From Omnitrophica WOR_2 bacterium GWF2_43_52 (lineage in GTDB: Bacteria; Omnitrophota; Gorgyraeia; Gygaellales; UBA12090): 64,000 bases of DNA. The notes under the pieces are model-generated. The model was not told the origin of the DNA. It saw nothing but the letters and a program-made list of their open reading frames with translations, and searched no databases. Location: positions 18,859-82,858 of the forward strand of contig MHGF01000023.1 in NCBI GenBank assembly GCA_001805445.1, in the 5' to 3' direction. This document shows positions 8,771 through 18,132 of this stretch, piece after piece; the first letter of the stretch is position 1; each line of letters opens with the position of its first letter. Both the position numbers and the translations under genes were made by a program.

Positions 8771-8824
8771 CGCTGGCAAGTGAAGTGTTGCGGATAGCAA
8801 GAATTTATGTCACGGAGCACTATC

Positions 8825-8989
8825 GCGCTGTAAACTTAATTAGTATTAATAGTTCGCAAGTTTGTTAGCTTAAGCGAATGCGCGTGTCAGCTGTTTAGCT
8901 GTTTGGCTCAGTAGCTGTTTAGTTAAATTGTTAATCAGCAAAAGAGCAAATGAGCTAAGCAGCTACTGTTAAAATATACTTTTACAGCG
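8825..8989. repeat. Repeat family C, copy C1
   Basis: About 90% identical to 53105-53212 plus 53339-53408. Here it is uninterrupted; the 53-kb copy carries a nested B element. Confidence 0.65.
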
Positions 8990-9017
8990 CAATGGTAATC
9001 TTCTTAAGGTAGTAATA

Positions 9018-9803
9018 ATGAATAGAATTGATGCGAAATTTAAGGAGCTGAAGGCGCAAGGCAAAAAAGCCTTGATTGTCTATATCACCTGCGGTTATCC
9101 TGATATCGCGACAACGGAAAAATTAGTTCTTGAGTTAGAAAAAAGAGGCGTGGATATTATTGAATTGGGTGTGCCTTTTTCTGATCCATTGGCAGATGGC
9201 CCGATAATTCAGGAGGCATCAAGCTATGCCCTTAAAAAGAAGATTAACCTCAAGGATATATTTTTTTTGGTAAAGCGGTTAAGGCGGAAAAGCCAAATTC
9301 CTCTTTGCCTTATGGGCTACTACAACCCGATTTTTTCTTTTGGCCAGGATAGGTTTGTTGCCGAAGCGATTAACGCTGGAATTGATGGTGTGATTATTCC
9401 GGATTTACCTCCGGAGGAAGATGAGCGGCTTGTGTCTTTGGCCAAGAGGTCCGGGCTTAAGACTATCTTTTTCTTATCTCCTACAAGTTCGTCTGGGCGC
9501 GTAGCATATATCAGTAAAGTTTCAACAGGCTTTATTTACTATGTTTCTTTAACAGGAGTAACGGGAGCACGGCAGGCGTTGCCCGCGGATTTACAACAGA
9601 ACATTAGAGCAATTAAACGCTGTACTACAAAACCGGTATGCGTTGGTTTTGGCATATCCAAGCCAGAGCATATTAAGGAAGTTTTCAAAGCCGCGGATGG
9701 CGTCATTGTGGGAAGCGCGGTGGTTAAAGTAATTAAAGAGAATATCGGTAAACAGGATTTAGTTCAAGGGGTTGGAAGGTTTGTAAAAAATTTGATGAGA
9801 TGA
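9018..9803 (+). CDS. trpA: Tryptophan synthase alpha chain
   Basis: ELGVPFSDPLADGPIIQ and GFGIS motifs. Confidence 0.95.
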   Translation: MNRIDAKFKELKAQGKKALIVYITCGYPDIATTEKLVLELEKRGVDIIELGVPFSDPLADGPIIQEASSYALKKKINLKDIFFLVKRLRRKSQIPLCLMGYYNPIFSFGQDRFVAEAINAGIDGVIIPDLPPEEDERLVSLAKRSGLKTIFFLSPTSSSGRVAYISKVSTGFIYYVSLTGVTGARQALPADLQQNIRAIKRCTTKPVCVGFGISKPEHIKEVFKAADGVIVGSAVVKVIKENIGKQDLVQGVGRFVKNLMR

Positions 9804-9863
9804 GAAATTGTTAAATGGCCGCATTGCTAAACTGTTTGACACTAAGGCAATGACATAAAAACT

Positions 9864-11129
9864 ATGTATGAAAAATCCACATTAGATAACGGTTTACGTT
9901 TAGTTACCCATAAGATGCCCGAACGCAATTCAGCGGCAATTGGTATTTGGGTTGGCGTTGGCGGCCGCTACGAACAAAAGGCAAATAAAGGCATCGCCCA
10001 TTTGATAGAGCATCTTTCGTTTAAGGGCACAAAAAAATATTCAGCTAAAGAAATCAAAGAAAAGATTGAAGGCGTGGGCGGTTCCTTGAACGCCTTTACG
10101 TCTGAAGAGTTTACCTGTTATCTTACCAAGATTATCGCTAAGCATATAGGGCTGGCGATAGATATTTTATCTGATATGGTTTTAGAGCCGCTTTTCGCGC
10201 AAAAAGACCTTGAAAAAGAAAAATCAGTTATCCTGGAAGAAATCAAGATGTATCGCGACCTTCCTCAGGCATACGTGAATGAGCTTTTAGATGAGCTCCT
10301 TTGGCCGGAGCAGCCATTAGGGATGAACCTTGCCGGAACCATGGAATCCGTGAGTGCTTTGTCTCAAAGGCAGGTGGTTGATTTTCAAGAGTTGTTTTAT
10401 CATCCTCGGAATATTGTGGTTTCAGTAAGCGGCGCTATTGAACATAAAAGAATATTTGAATATTTATCAGGGATATTTCTAAAGGCTAAGGCTAAAAATC
10501 CTATACCGTTTCAGAAGGCAGGGCAGGCCCGGAAGCAGCCCTGTACGACATTCTTTCATAAGCAAACTGAGCAAAGCCATTTAGCCATAGGTTATCATGG
10601 ATATAAACGCACGCATCCGGACAGGCACGCCCTCGGGCTTTTGCATATTATCTTGGGCGCGAATATGTCCAGCCGTCTTTTTAATGAGGTGAGGGAGAAG
10701 AAAGGGCTTGCCTATGAGATTGGCACCCACCCCAGGTATTTCCAGGATACCGGGGCGTTTTATATTCACGCGGGGGTAGACAATAAAAAAGTAGCCGCGG
10801 CGCTTTCTACTATCTGTAAAGAAATGGATAAGATTACTAGAATCCCGGTGGCAAAACAGGAATTTATCCGCGCCAAGGAATATTATAGCGGCCAGCTTCT
10901 GATGAGCCTTGAGGATACCCTTGACCATATGGTATGGATGGGAGAGCAGGAGAGCGCTTTAGGAAAAATTAAAAGCGCGCGGGATATCCTCAAGGAAATA
11001 CAGAAAGTAACTATTGATGACTTAACGAGGGTGGCAGAGGATATTTTTAAGCTCACCAATATAAATCTGGCACTCATTGGCCCTCAGGATTCATCGGAAC
11101 AGGAAAGAATCAGGGGTTTATTGTCATGA
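9864..11129 (+). CDS. M16-family zinc peptidase (pitrilysin-like, inverted HxxEH)
   Basis: GIAHLIEHLSFKG matches HxxEH. The length is about 420 aa. Confidence 0.85.
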   Translation: MYEKSTLDNGLRLVTHKMPERNSAAIGIWVGVGGRYEQKANKGIAHLIEHLSFKGTKKYSAKEIKEKIEGVGGSLNAFTSEEFTCYLTKIIAKHIGLAIDILSDMVLEPLFAQKDLEKEKSVILEEIKMYRDLPQAYVNELLDELLWPEQPLGMNLAGTMESVSALSQRQVVDFQELFYHPRNIVVSVSGAIEHKRIFEYLSGIFLKAKAKNPIPFQKAGQARKQPCTTFFHKQTEQSHLAIGYHGYKRTHPDRHALGLLHIILGANMSSRLFNEVREKKGLAYEIGTHPRYFQDTGAFYIHAGVDNKKVAAALSTICKEMDKITRIPVAKQEFIRAKEYYSGQLLMSLEDTLDHMVWMGEQESALGKIKSARDILKEIQKVTIDDLTRVAEDIFKLTNINLALIGPQDSSEQERIRGLLS

Positions 11130-11141
11130 GGCTCTTTAAAA

Positions 11142-12575
11142 ATGAATCAAAATAATCTGCTCAAAACGCATAATAGCCACCAGCGCTATATCTTGAGGCC
11201 AAGTAGTTTTGCCTTGTTGCTGCCTGAATTAAGGGAACTCCTCCAAAGTAAGGAATTTTCTCCTCTAAAAGATGTCCTGAAGACAATCCATTCTATTGAT
11301 TTAGCCGAAGGCTGGACGAAGCTTAATCCGCAGGAAAAAATCCTTATTTTCCGCCTTTTAAGCTCACGCAAGGCTGTCGAAATCTTTGAGGAATTACGCT
11401 TTGAAGAACAATCATATCTTTTGAGCAATCTGGATAACCAGGAGGTGGTTTCAGTAGTAAATGAAATGGTATCAGACCAGCGGGCGCAGCTTTTTAAGGA
11501 TTTAAACCCCAAAACGGTGAAGAAACTTTTTTCGGTAATGAAGAAGGAAGAAGTTGATGATGTGCGTAAGCTCCTTACCTTTAAAGAAGGCCTTGCCGGA
11601 AGCATTATGACTACTGAATTTGTGGAGCTTAAGAAGGCGATGACTGCCCGCCAGGCAATCCTGCGTATTCAGGAGACTTGTAAGGCCGGACAGAATGCCA
11701 ATATTTATTCTATCTATGTCACCGATGACGAGCATAAGCTTACCGGAGGCATCAGCCTGCAGGCGCTTATTACCGCTCCTTCAGATATGCTGGTAAAAGA
11801 TATTATGTCAGATGTTGATGTTATCAAGATTGACTGCCACATGCCAAAAGAAGATGTGGCAAAGCAGTTTTCTAAATATGACTTGCTTGATGCTCCCGTC
11901 GTGGATGATAGTAATCAATTATTGGGGATTATTACTATTGATGATGTGGTGGATTTGATTAATAAAGAAGCGACAAAGGCATTATATGAATTTGGCAAGA
12001 TGGAGGCAAAAGGCGGCGTTGAAATCCGTTATGCCAGCGCTACCGTTAAAGAATTGATACAGCGCAGGGTAGGATGGCTGATGCTGCTGCTTATGTTTGA
12101 CTTTCTTACCGGGACGGTGCTAAAGAATTTTGAACATGCCTTGGGGTCGGTGGTGGCGCTGTCCTTTTTTATCCCGATGCTTTTAGATACCGGGGGCAAT
12201 GCCGGGGCGCAAACGTCAATTACTATTATCAGAGGCTTAGCCACAGGGGATGTTACCATAAAAAATGTCTGGAAGATTGTCCGCCTTGAATTCTTAACCT
12301 CAATTTTTATGGGCTTTATTGTAGGGTTAGTGGCGTTTCTGCGCGCCTTCATGCTGCAGAAGGATTTGATGCTTGCTTTGACCGTAGGCACAACAATGAC
12401 TACGGTTGTGCTCTTAGCGATTGGAACGGGTATATTCTTGCCGCTATTTTCCAAGAAAGTCGGCCTTGACCCGGCGGTATTAGCCGGCCCTATTACTACT
12501 AGTGTTGTTGATGTGGTAGGATTGCTTATTTATTTTAATATCGCGAGAACCTTTATTCCGGCATTGGGGCATTAA
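11142..12575 (+). CDS. mgtE: Magnesium transporter MgtE (N-domain, tandem CBS domains, TM domain)
   Basis: Domain order and the C-terminal TM helices with GNAGAQ…D motifs. Confidence 0.85.
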   Translation: MNQNNLLKTHNSHQRYILRPSSFALLLPELRELLQSKEFSPLKDVLKTIHSIDLAEGWTKLNPQEKILIFRLLSSRKAVEIFEELRFEEQSYLLSNLDNQEVVSVVNEMVSDQRAQLFKDLNPKTVKKLFSVMKKEEVDDVRKLLTFKEGLAGSIMTTEFVELKKAMTARQAILRIQETCKAGQNANIYSIYVTDDEHKLTGGISLQALITAPSDMLVKDIMSDVDVIKIDCHMPKEDVAKQFSKYDLLDAPVVDDSNQLLGIITIDDVVDLINKEATKALYEFGKMEAKGGVEIRYASATVKELIQRRVGWLMLLLMFDFLTGTVLKNFEHALGSVVALSFFIPMLLDTGGNAGAQTSITIIRGLATGDVTIKNVWKIVRLEFLTSIFMGFIVGLVAFLRAFMLQKDLMLALTVGTTMTTVVLLAIGTGIFLPLFSKKVGLDPAVLAGPITTSVVDVVGLLIYFNIARTFIPALGH

Positions 12576-13588
12576 TGCATATCCTCGTATCTATCCCTAC
12601 TATAATAATCCTGGCTGTCTTGGCGTTGTTGTCATTTTTCTTCTCCGCCTCCGAAGCGTCGCTGATTGCCTTAAGCAAACTTAGGGCAAAGCACTTGGTA
12701 AATCAGGGAGTTAAGGGCTCGCAGACAGTATTCCGGTTGATTACGAAATTAGACAGGGTGATAGCGGCGATATTAATAGGCAATAATTTCGTTAATATTT
12801 TGATGTCAAGCCTGGCAACGGTTATCGCGGTAGGCATATTTGGGGCGAATTGGGGAGTGCTTATCGCCACGTTTAGCGTGACTTTATTCGTTTTAATTTT
12901 TTGCGAAATCAGCCCTAAGACTTTAGCTATCCGGTATTCGGAAAAAACCGCGCTTGTTACCGCGCCTTTCTTAGAGGCGTTCGTGAACGCCTTTAGTACC
13001 TTTATTACGTTGTTCATCGGCATAACCAATCTGTTTCTTAAGGCCTTTGGTATCAAGCCGGAGAAACGTTCTCCGCTTATCAGCGAAGAGGAATTAAAGC
13101 TGATGATTGAAATCGGAAAAGACGAAGGGGTTTTGTCCGATGAAGAGCGAAAGATGCTGCATCGGATCTTTGAGTTTGGCGATACCAAGGTTAATTCGGT
13201 AATGATTCCTAGGGAAAAAATGGTTGCCATCAGTAAATCCGCCAACAGCGAGGCATTGCTTGACTTATTAGTTGAAGAAGGCCATGCCAGAATCCCTGTG
13301 TATGAAGGTTCGCCCGATACAATTATCGGGATTATTTACGCGCGGGACCTGCTGTATCTTTGGCGTAACAAGGCGCTTGTGGTAGTGGAGGATTTGATTC
13401 ATCCGGCGTATTATGTAGCTGCCTCTAAGCGGGTGAATGAGCTTTTACGCGAATTTCAATCAAAACGCCTGCAGATTGCGATTGTAAGGGATGAGCATAA
13501 TAAGGCTTTAGGGCTGGTAACGCTTGAGGACCTGTTTGAGGAAATTGTGGGGGAGATAGAAGAAGAAACAATTGACAGGCAGAGGTGA
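12575..13588 (+). CDS. CorC/TlyC-family protein (DUF21 TM domain, CBS pair, CorC_HlyC domain)
   Basis: DUF21 N-terminus, CBS pair and CorC C-domain. Its start overlaps the mgtE stop. Confidence 0.8.
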   Translation: MHILVSIPTIIILAVLALLSFFFSASEASLIALSKLRAKHLVNQGVKGSQTVFRLITKLDRVIAAILIGNNFVNILMSSLATVIAVGIFGANWGVLIATFSVTLFVLIFCEISPKTLAIRYSEKTALVTAPFLEAFVNAFSTFITLFIGITNLFLKAFGIKPEKRSPLISEEELKLMIEIGKDEGVLSDEERKMLHRIFEFGDTKVNSVMIPREKMVAISKSANSEALLDLLVEEGHARIPVYEGSPDTIIGIIYARDLLYLWRNKALVVVEDLIHPAYYVAASKRVNELLREFQSKRLQIAIVRDEHNKALGLVTLEDLFEEIVGEIEEETIDRQR

Positions 13589-13661
13589 TTGTGTTAGTAT
13601 TAACACTCGTTGATTTCAGGGTTGTGCAGAGAGATAACCTTATTATAAGGAGGGATACGTC

Positions 13662-13811
13662 ATGGCTGAAAAGGGATATTGCGTAAAATGTAAGGCGTCG
13701 AAGGAAATGGTGGATGCGCAAGAAGTAACCATGAAAAACGGCCGTAAGGCAATGAAGGGTAAATGCCCTGATTGCTCAACCGGCATGTATAAGATTTTAG
13801 GCAAAAAATAA
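13662..13811 (+). CDS. Small (49 aa) zinc-ribbon protein with C-x2-C…C-x2-C; not in the supplied ORF track
   Basis: Strong RBS AAGGAGGG 7 nt upstream of the ATG. Conserved-looking basic sequence MAEKGYCVKCK…KGKCPDCSTGMYKILGKK. Confidence 0.6.
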   Translation: MAEKGYCVKCKASKEMVDAQEVTMKNGRKAMKGKCPDCSTGMYKILGKK

Positions 13812-13915
13812 ATTCGGACTATCTTTGTAAGATAATAATTGCTGCGTGTACCGTTACGGTAAACGGTACGCGGTGCGCGGTACACGAAACATAGTTTTAC
13901 TATAGGAGCAATACC

Positions 13916-14323
13916 ATAGATTCGTTTGAAAAAGTATATTTAGTTGCCCGCCTCGCGCAGGATAAGAAAGCAGAGGATATCAAGCTCCTGGATATGCGCG
14001 GGGTGAGCAACTTCTGTGATTTCTTCGTTCTCTTGACCGTATCCTCAAGCCGAAGGGCGCAGGCTGTTTCTGACAGTATAAAGGAAGAGCTGTTGAAGCA
14101 GCAGGTCAGGCATAAGGCAGAAGAGGGTACCCCTGAGTCAGGCTGGCTGCTGCTTGACCTATACGATGTCGTAGTGCATATCTTTGACGCCCAGGCGCGA
14201 GAGTTCTTTAACCTTGACAGGCTCTGGGCTGATGCCCCAAGTTTGGAATTTCCCCTAAAGAAACATGTCTCTAAACAAGGTAGAAAATCTTCTCACCGAA
14301 CTCCTCGCCAGAAAACTCAATGA
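13916..14323 (+). CDS. rsfS: Ribosomal silencing factor RsfS (Iojap); start codon uncertain (no ATG, GTG or TTG upstream in frame)
   Basis: DKKAEDIKLLDMRGVSNFCDFFVL…GWLLLDLYDVVVHIF…REFFNLDRLW matches RsfS. The homology begins upstream of the first ATG (13994). RBS GGAG lies at 13894-13897. Confidence 0.7.
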   Translation: MDSFEKVYLVARLAQDKKAEDIKLLDMRGVSNFCDFFVLLTVSSSRRAQAVSDSIKEELLKQQVRHKAEEGTPESGWLLLDLYDVVVHIFDAQAREFFNLDRLWADAPSLEFPLKKHVSKQGRKSSHRTPRQKTQ

Positions 14324-16013
14324 AACGTTCAATGCCCAAGAGCCATTATTTGGGCTTCAGGGACAGCTTTTAGAGTCTCCCAAGGATGAAGCCTTTGGTG
14401 ATATTTCTACCTCGGTTGCCCTCAAATTAGCCGCTATCCTTAAGCGTTCCCCCCGGGACATCGCGAAAGAAATTGTCGCGTGGCTTTACAAAGAAATAGC
14501 GGTGTCCTCGCTAAAAACCTCCATTGAGAAAATCGATATCGCGGGAGCGGGATTTATTAATTTTTACCTGTCGAAAGAATATTTTTATTCTCTTCTGAAA
14601 GAGGCCATTAGCTCGGAGTCGCCTTTTATGGGGCAGGCTAAAAAAGACAGGCGGGTGCTTGTTGAGTTTGTAAGCGCTAACCCTACAGGCCCGCTTTCTG
14701 TCGCCCATGGACGCCAGGCGGCAGTGGGGGATGCGCTGTGTAATGTGCTTAAATATGCAGGCTATGAACTAACCCGGGAATATTATCTCAATGATGAGGG
14801 CAATCAAATCAATATCTTGGGTAAGTCTATCGCCTTGCGTTTACAGGAACTAAAAGGAGAAAGAATAGAATTCCCCGAGGATCACTACCAGGGGGAGTAT
14901 ATCATAGATTTGGCAAAAGAATTGTATCAGGCCAGGGACGAGGGACGAGGGACGAGGGACGAGGGACCATGGACGAGGGATGAGGAACGAGAGACGAGAG
15001 ACGATGGACGAGAGACGATAGGCGAGAGACGATGGACGATAGACGATTGCCGCGACTATGGAGTAAAAAGAATCTTAGAAATAATTAAAAAGGAGCTTGA
15101 GGATTTCGGGGTTAGGTTTGATGCGTGGTATAGCCAGGCATCGTTACAGAAATCAGGCAAAATTGAGGAAACGCTTGCTTTGTTAAGGAGTAAAGGCTTT
15201 ATTTATGACCAGGATTCGGCAGTATGGTTTGCATCAACAAAATTCGGAGACGATAAAGATCGCGTCGTTATTAAATCTGACGGCAGCTATACCTATTTAG
15301 CCCCTGATATCGCCTATCATCAGGATAAATTCAGGCGGGGTTTTGACTGGTTGGTTAATCTGTGGGGCCCTGACCATCACGGCTATATCGGGCGGATGAA
15401 GGCCGCGGTAGAGGCATTAGGAAGAGAGAAAGAGGCTTTGAATGTCGTTATTGTCCAGCTGGCAACGCTTTATAAAGATGGCAAGGTCGTTTCTATGTCA
15501 ACCCGTAGAGGCGAGTACGTTACCTTGCGCCAGGTAATAGATGAGGTAGGAGTGGATGCGGGACGGTTTTTTTTCTTAATGCGCCGTACCGATAGCCACT
15601 TGGATTTTGATTTAGAGCTTGCCAAAAAACAAAGCTCTGAAAATCCCGTGTATTATATTCAATACGCCCACGCGCGCATTGCTAATATTTTAGCTCATGC
15701 CGGTATAGCGCCTGCTCAAATCAAAAACGCGGATATGTCGCTCTTAAAGGAAAAAGAGGAACTATCGTTACTTAAAGCAATTGCCCACTTTGAGAGCTGC
15801 CTGAAAATTGCCGAAATCCAGCTTGATCCTTATTGCGTCAGCACCTATCTGCAGGCTCTGGCAGAAAGTTTTCACCGCTTTTATGATCTTCATAGGGTAT
15901 TAGTTGACGATGTCCCGCTTAAAACCGCGCGGCTGAGCCTTATTTTAGGCTGTAAAACTGTTATTGCCGCGGCCCTTAAACTCTTAGGAGTAAGCGCTCC
16001 GGAGAAGATGTAA
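14265..16013 (+). CDS. argS: Arginine--tRNA ligase
   Basis: ANPTGPLSVAHGR (HIGH-class motif) and a C-terminal anticodon-binding domain. It carries an in-frame simple-sequence insert at 14933-15050. Confidence 0.93.
   Translation: MSLNKVENLLTELLARKLNETFNAQEPLFGLQGQLLESPKDEAFGDISTSVALKLAAILKRSPRDIAKEIVAWLYKEIAVSSLKTSIEKIDIAGAGFINFYLSKEYFYSLLKEAISSESPFMGQAKKDRRVLVEFVSANPTGPLSVAHGRQAAVGDALCNVLKYAGYELTREYYLNDEGNQINILGKSIALRLQELKGERIEFPEDHYQGEYIIDLAKELYQARDEGRGTRDEGPWTRDEERETRDDGRETIGERRWTIDDCRDYGVKRILEIIKKELEDFGVRFDAWYSQASLQKSGKIEETLALLRSKGFIYDQDSAVWFASTKFGDDKDRVVIKSDGSYTYLAPDIAYHQDKFRRGFDWLVNLWGPDHHGYIGRMKAAVEALGREKEALNVVIVQLATLYKDGKVVSMSTRRGEYVTLRQVIDEVGVDAGRFFFLMRRTDSHLDFDLELAKKQSSENPVYYIQYAHARIANILAHAGIAPAQIKNADMSLLKEKEELSLLKAIAHFESCLKIAEIQLDPYCVSTYLQALAESFHRFYDLHRVLVDDVPLKTARLSLILGCKTVIAAALKLLGVSAPEKM
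14933..15050 (+). repeat. Tandem heptanucleotide-type repeat (GGACGAG)n / (GAGACGA)n inside argS, in frame
   Basis: GGGACGAGGGACGAGGGACGAGGGACGAGGGACC…GAGAGACGAGAGACGATGGACGAGAGACGATAGGCGAGAGACGATGGACGATAGACGA encodes a low-complexity R/D/E/G/T insert (RDEGRGTRDEGPWTRDEERETRDDGRETIGERRWTIDD). Confidence 0.8.
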
Positions 16014-17707
16014 TGCCAAAGCTATGGAAGCTAAAACCCGCCGATATCCCCTTACAAAAAAAGCTTAGCCAGGAATTAGGCATTTCTCCAATCCTCGCCC
16101 AGGTATTGATTAACCGTAACATACGCTCGCAAGAATCCGCGCGGGAATTCTTGAATCCCCGTTTATCAGGCCTCCATGATACCAAGCTTCTTCCGGATAT
16201 AGATAAGGCAAAAGAAAGAATTCTAAAAGCCTTTAAGAATAAGGAAAATATTTTGCTGTTTTCCGATTACGATGCTGACGGCTTGACGTCTTTGGCGGTT
16301 TTAAAGATTGCCTTCGGGAAATTGGGAATACCTCATGAGTACTACGTGCCTCATAGGCTTAAGGAAGGATATGGCTTAAGTGAACATTTGGTTACGTATG
16401 CCCATGAACACGGTTTTACTTTAATCATAACTCTTGACTGCGGGATAAGTAATAGCAAGGAGATAGAGGCTCTTAAAAGGCTGGCTATTGATACAATCGT
16501 TATTGATCATCATCAGCTTGACGCGGGAAAACTTCCTCCTGCCCACAGCGTGATTAATCCTAAACGCCAGGATTCCCGGTATCCTTATCAGGAGTTGGCA
16601 GGGGTAGGGCTTAGCTATAAGGTTGCCGTAAGCCTTCTTGATAGCTTAATGGAGGAAGAACTCGATTTGGTGTGTATAGGCACTATCGCGGATGTCGTGC
16701 CGCTGGTAGGGGAAAACCGTATTATTGTCAAAGAGGGCTTGAAAAAACTTGTTTCCACGAAGCGCCAAGGCCTGCAATCGTTAATAGAGGTCACCGGGCT
16801 CAAGAACAAGGCAATCACGGCCGAGCATGTAAGCTTTATTTTGGCTCCTCGCATCAATGCCTGCGGCAGGATTGGCCCATCAGATGCCGCGCTTGAACTG
16901 CTCTTGTGTGACAGCGATGACAAGGCAGGCCTTTTGGCGCGTGAATTACACGACAAGAATAAAGAGCGCCAGCGTATAGAAAGCCGGATTTTGCAAGAGG
17001 CATTACAGCAACTAGAGGCTGAAATTGATTTGGCCAACGAAAGGGTTATCATTGTGCATAATGATAACTGGCATCAGGGTGTCTTGGGGATTATTGCCTC
17101 AAAGATAAGCGATCGGTTTCACCGCCCGGCATTTGTGGTTTCGTTTTCTGATGGGCTGGGCAAAGGCTCGGGGCGTTCCATTGAGAACTTTCATCTCTTT
17201 GAAGGCTTGAGGGAATGCAGCCAGCATCTGGTGGGTTTCGGTGGCCATAAGCGCGCCTGCGGGATGAGTATCCTAAAAAAAGAAATTGAAAATTTCAGAA
17301 AAAGCATCAACAGGATCGCTTTCGAAAAATTGACCCCTCATGACCTTATGCCGAGTATCACCATTGATGCCCAGATGAGCTTATCCAGTCTTTCCCTGGA
17401 TTTACTGCAGGAGCTTTCTTTGTTAGAGCCTTTTGGCAACGCCAATCCAAAGCCGATTTTCTCAAGCGCAAACCTTTCTGTAAAATCAAAACCCGCCCTC
17501 ATGGGCAAAGATACCCTGAAATTTTGGGTGACTGACGGTAAACAGGCCTATCAGGCGATAGGCTTCGGCATGGGCCGTTATTTCGATTTAGTCAGCTGCT
17601 CCGAAACAATAAATCTCGCCTATAGAATTTCCCTTGATACCTGGAATGGAAATAACCAACTGCAGCTTGAGATAGAAGATATCCAGCAATGTCAATGCCA
17701 GGCATAG
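16013..17707 (+). CDS. recJ: Single-stranded-DNA-specific 5'-3' exonuclease RecJ
   Basis: DHH motifs (DYDADG, DHH at LDCG…IDHHQ), a DHHA1 domain, and a C-terminal OB-like domain. Confidence 0.9.
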   Translation: MPKLWKLKPADIPLQKKLSQELGISPILAQVLINRNIRSQESAREFLNPRLSGLHDTKLLPDIDKAKERILKAFKNKENILLFSDYDADGLTSLAVLKIAFGKLGIPHEYYVPHRLKEGYGLSEHLVTYAHEHGFTLIITLDCGISNSKEIEALKRLAIDTIVIDHHQLDAGKLPPAHSVINPKRQDSRYPYQELAGVGLSYKVAVSLLDSLMEEELDLVCIGTIADVVPLVGENRIIVKEGLKKLVSTKRQGLQSLIEVTGLKNKAITAEHVSFILAPRINACGRIGPSDAALELLLCDSDDKAGLLARELHDKNKERQRIESRILQEALQQLEAEIDLANERVIIVHNDNWHQGVLGIIASKISDRFHRPAFVVSFSDGLGKGSGRSIENFHLFEGLRECSQHLVGFGGHKRACGMSILKKEIENFRKSINRIAFEKLTPHDLMPSITIDAQMSLSSLSLDLLQELSLLEPFGNANPKPIFSSANLSVKSKPALMGKDTLKFWVTDGKQAYQAIGFGMGRYFDLVSCSETINLAYRISLDTWNGNNQLQLEIEDIQQCQCQA

Positions 17708-17872
17708 TCAGATGAAAGGTAACAGTTTAGTTTTTGGAAGTATCCGTCGGTGTCATTGCGAGCCCCGAAGGGGCGAAGCAATCTTATAAAAAGACTGCTT
17801 CGTCGCTGCCGCTCCTCGCAGTGACACGGATGCTTCTACGATGAAAGACATTTTGTTTATGCCTGGCATTGA
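17693..17872. mobile_element. Composite MITE-like insertion: ATGCCAGGCAT palindromic terminal inverted repeats enclosing a family-A repeat (17750-17827)
   Basis: Ends are CAATGCCAGGCATAGTCAGATGAAA … TTTGTTTATGCCTGGCATTG. The same two ends occur adjacent to each other at 37937-37985, and variants flank 42899-43226. The left repeat supplies the recJ stop codon; the right end abuts the rpmB stop. Confidence 0.6.
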
Positions 17873-17873
17873 A

Positions 17874-18101
17874 TCAGGCTTTTTTGACTTTTCTGGATTT
17901 GATGCACTTAGTGCAGGCAAAGACAGAGGCGGCCTTTCCTTCAATAATGGCCTTTATTCGCTGCAGATTGGGCTTGATGAGCCGTAAGTTACGGCGGGAA
18001 ATCTTGCTTCCTGTGCCGCCCTTAGCTTTATATTGTCCTTTACGGGACATTACCGCTCCCGCGACCGCTTTCTTACCGCAGTAATAACATATTTTACGCA
18101 T
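17874..18101 (-). CDS. rpmB: 50S ribosomal protein L28
   Basis: MRKICYYCGKKAV…NLQRIKAI…CTKCIKSRKVKKA is the bL28 pattern. Confidence 0.85.
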   Translation of the reverse strand: MRKICYYCGKKAVAGAVMSRKGQYKAKGGTGSKISRRNLRLIKPNLQRIKAIIEGKAASVFACTKCIKSRKVKKA

Positions 18102-18132
18102 GGGTATTATTTTATCATCCTTTCATAGTGTG

